Source of the DNA: an uncultured Acidimicrobiales bacterium
GTDB lineage: Bacteria; Actinomycetota; Acidimicrobiia; Acidimicrobiales; VFJN01
DNA length: 64,000 bases
Assembly (NCBI GenBank): GCA_963842395.1
Contig: CAWJGJ010000002.1
Span: 114,978 to 178,977, forward strand
Direction: 5' to 3'
The notes beneath the pieces are model-generated. The model did not search any database. It was not told the DNA's origin and was given only the letters and a program-made list of their open reading frames with translations. Both the position numbers and the translations under genes were made by a program. Of this stretch, positions 62,014-64,000 are shown piece after piece. The stretch's first letter is position 1, and every line of letters starts with the position of its first letter.

Positions 62014-63030
62014 ATGACTTCCCCCGCCTCCCTGCCGGGTGCCACGCCCGGCGCACGACCGGCCATCCGGGTCGAGGGCCTCACCAAGCGTTTCGGTGAG
62101 GTCGAGGCCCTGCGCGGTGTGGACCTGTCGGTCCCCGCCGGCACCGTCCTCGGCCTGCTGGGCCCGAACGGCGCCGGCAAGACCACGGCCGTCCGCATCC
62201 TCACCACCATCCTCCGGCCCGACGGTGGCCACGCGGAGGTGCTCGGCCTCGACGTCGCCAGCCAGCCCCAGGCGGTGCGCGAGTCCATCGGCCTGGCCGG
62301 GCAGTACGCGGCCGTCGACGAGAACCTGACCGGCCGCGAGAACCTGCGGCTCGTCGGGCGGCTCGCCCACCTCCCCCGGGGCGAGCTGCGCCGGCGGGCC
62401 GACGAGCTGCTCGACCGCTTCGGGCTGACCGACGCCGCCGACCGGACCGCCAAGACCTACTCCGGCGGCATGCGCCGGCGGCTCGACCTGGCGGCCGCCC
62501 TGGTGCACCGCCCGCCCGTCCTCTTCCTCGACGAGCCCACCACCGGGCTCGACCCTGCCAGCCGCAGCGACCTGTGGCAGGTCATCGAGGAGCTGGTGGC
62601 CGACGGCACGACCCTCCTGTTGACCACCCAGTACCTCGAGGAAGCCGACCGGCTGGCCGACCGCGTCGCGGTGATCGACCAGGGCGTGGTCATCGCCGAG
62701 GGCACCCCCGCCGAGCTCAAGTCGGCGCTGGGCGGCACGGTGGTGGAGATCGCCCTGGCCGACCCGGCTGCCGCCGCCCGGGCCGCGTCCCGGCTGGCGT
62801 CGGCGCTGGCCCTCGACGCCGACCGCGACGGCAGCCATCTCGAGGTGACCGTGGCCGACGGCCCCAGCGCCGTGGTCGAGATCCTGCGGACCCTCGACGC
62901 CGCCGACCTGGCGCCGGTGGGCCTGACCGTGCGGGAGCCCAGCCTCGACGACGTGTTCCTGTCGCTCACCGGCCACCGGGCCGAGGCGGGCGACGCCGAC
63001 GACTCCGACCTGCAGCGAGGTGCGGCATGA
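62014..63030 (+). CDS. ABC transporter ATP-binding protein, DrrA-like (daunorubicin-resistance type)
   Basis: Walker A GPNGAGKTT, signature YSGGMRRRL, Walker B VLFLDEPTTGLD, C-terminal DrrA-type extension. ATG 62014 (GTG 62005 is also in frame). Confidence 0.9.
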   Translation: MTSPASLPGATPGARPAIRVEGLTKRFGEVEALRGVDLSVPAGTVLGLLGPNGAGKTTAVRILTTILRPDGGHAEVLGLDVASQPQAVRESIGLAGQYAAVDENLTGRENLRLVGRLAHLPRGELRRRADELLDRFGLTDAADRTAKTYSGGMRRRLDLAAALVHRPPVLFLDEPTTGLDPASRSDLWQVIEELVADGTTLLLTTQYLEEADRLADRVAVIDQGVVIAEGTPAELKSALGGTVVEIALADPAAAARAASRLASALALDADRDGSHLEVTVADGPSAVVEILRTLDAADLAPVGLTVREPSLDDVFLSLTGHRAEAGDADDSDLQRGAA

Positions 63031-63866
63031 CGGCCACGACCTTCCCCTCCCCCGTCGCGCCGGTTCCCGTCCGGCCGGCGACGACCCCCCGCCGCAGCGC
63101 CCGCAGCTACGCCGTGTCCGACGCGGTGGCGGTCACCTGGCGCAACCTGCTCGCCTACGTGCGGCTGCCCGAGCTGCTGGTGTTCTCCACCATCCAGCCG
63201 GTCATGTTCGTGCTGCTGTTCCGTTATGTGTTCGGCAACTCGATCGTGCTGTCCGACCCCTCGATCGCCTACGTCGACTACCTGATGCCCGGCATCATGG
63301 TGCAGACGGCCGTGTTCGGCGCCGCCGGCACCGGCATCGGGCTGGCCGAGGACATGGCCAAGGGGCTGATCGAGCGGTTCCGCTCGCTGCCCATGGCCCG
63401 GTCGGCCGTGCTGGCGGGCCGGACGATGGCCGACTCGGTGCGCAACGTCTTCGTGATGGTGCTCATCACGGCCATCGGCATGGTGGTCGGGTTCCGCATC
63501 CACGACGGCGTCCTCGCCTATGTGCTGGCGGTCGGCCTGATCCTGCTGTTCGCCTTCGCCCTCTCGTGGGCGGTCGCCACCGTGGGCCTCGGCGCCCCCA
63601 ACGGCGAGGCGGCCCAGGCCGCGATCTTCCCCATCCTCTTCCCGCTCACCTTCGCCTCGTCGGCCTTCGTCGACACGGCGTTCATGCCGGGCTGGCTCCA
63701 GGCGTTCGCCAACCACCAGCCGGTGACCGTGACCGTGAACGTCGCCCGCGACCTGGTCCTGGGGCAACCGGTCGGGTGGGGTGTCGTGGGCTCGGTCGCC
63801 TGGTCGCTCGGCATCCTGGCCGTGTTCGTCCCCTTGGCCGTGCGGCGCTACCGCAGGGCGGCCTGA
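63027..63866 (+). CDS. ABC-2-type permease, DrrB-like
   Basis: ATGA overlap with the ATPase stop. Six TM segments. RNLLAYVRLPELLVFSTIQPVMFVLLF is typical of ABC-2 permeases. Confidence 0.85.
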   Translation: MTATTFPSPVAPVPVRPATTPRRSARSYAVSDAVAVTWRNLLAYVRLPELLVFSTIQPVMFVLLFRYVFGNSIVLSDPSIAYVDYLMPGIMVQTAVFGAAGTGIGLAEDMAKGLIERFRSLPMARSAVLAGRTMADSVRNVFVMVLITAIGMVVGFRIHDGVLAYVLAVGLILLFAFALSWAVATVGLGAPNGEAAQAAIFPILFPLTFASSAFVDTAFMPGWLQAFANHQPVTVTVNVARDLVLGQPVGWGVVGSVAWSLGILAVFVPLAVRRYRRAA

Positions 63867-63933
63867 CTCCCACCAGCGCCGCCCGCCGGCCGGGCCACCC
63901 ACCCGCCTGGTGGTCCGGCCGGTCCCCCTCGCA

Positions 63934-63973
63934 GGGCGGGCACCCGTGACGCGGCGGTCGCGGGTGCCCGCCC
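63934..63973 (+). terminator. Strong GC hairpin downstream of the ABC-2 permease gene (13-bp stem, no U-tract)
   Basis: GGGCGGGCACCCG (63934-63946) ... CGGGTGCCCGCCC (63961-63973), 68 nt after the stop codon. Confidence 0.45.
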
Positions 63974-64000
63974 TCGAAACGCGCGCCGGGAGGCGTGGCA

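Overview
Very GC-rich, actinobacterial-type chromosomal segment. It is densely coded on both strands, with about 70 genes. I found no rRNA, CRISPR array, transposase or integrase. The housekeeping landmark is a MarR-dnaG-rpoD gene string (57.8-61.9 kb) followed by tRNA-Met(CAT) and tRNA-Asn(GTT). The rest looks accessory: four MDR-type quinone oxidoreductases, three F420-type enzymes, VOC/CMD/ABM proteins, several hydrolases and kinases, many one-regulator cassettes (ArsR x2, HxlR, GntR/YtrA, AraC, TetR, MarR), two ECF sigma factors with fused C-terminal domains, and exported beta-propeller lipoproteins. Most interesting: (1) A translationally coupled pair (8394-10984, minus strand) encodes an EACC1-like small protein and a caspase-family protease. 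The protease is fused to an Ig-like domain, a repetitive Pro/Ala/Glu linker and an unassigned 8-TM domain, making this a candidate uncharacterised conflict or cell-death module with no NTPase partner nearby. (2) Two near-identical ECF41-type promoters (TGTCACA-N16-TGTCTTCATG) sit upstream of the SigJ-like sigma gene and, 39 kb away, upstream of a carboxymuconolactone-decarboxylase gene. (3) A truncated-globin/ankyrin fusion has an ORF that overlaps a convergent gene by about 500 bp, because neither ORF has a stop where its coding signal ends. (4) Single-nucleotide frameshifts are confined, as far as I can see, to 36.7-57.4 kb. They include a LuxR/LAL ATPase regulator broken into at least a dozen frame segments. 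This is either real gene decay or a locally indel-prone assembly. All calls come from reading the ORF translations and the DNA by eye. No searches were run.
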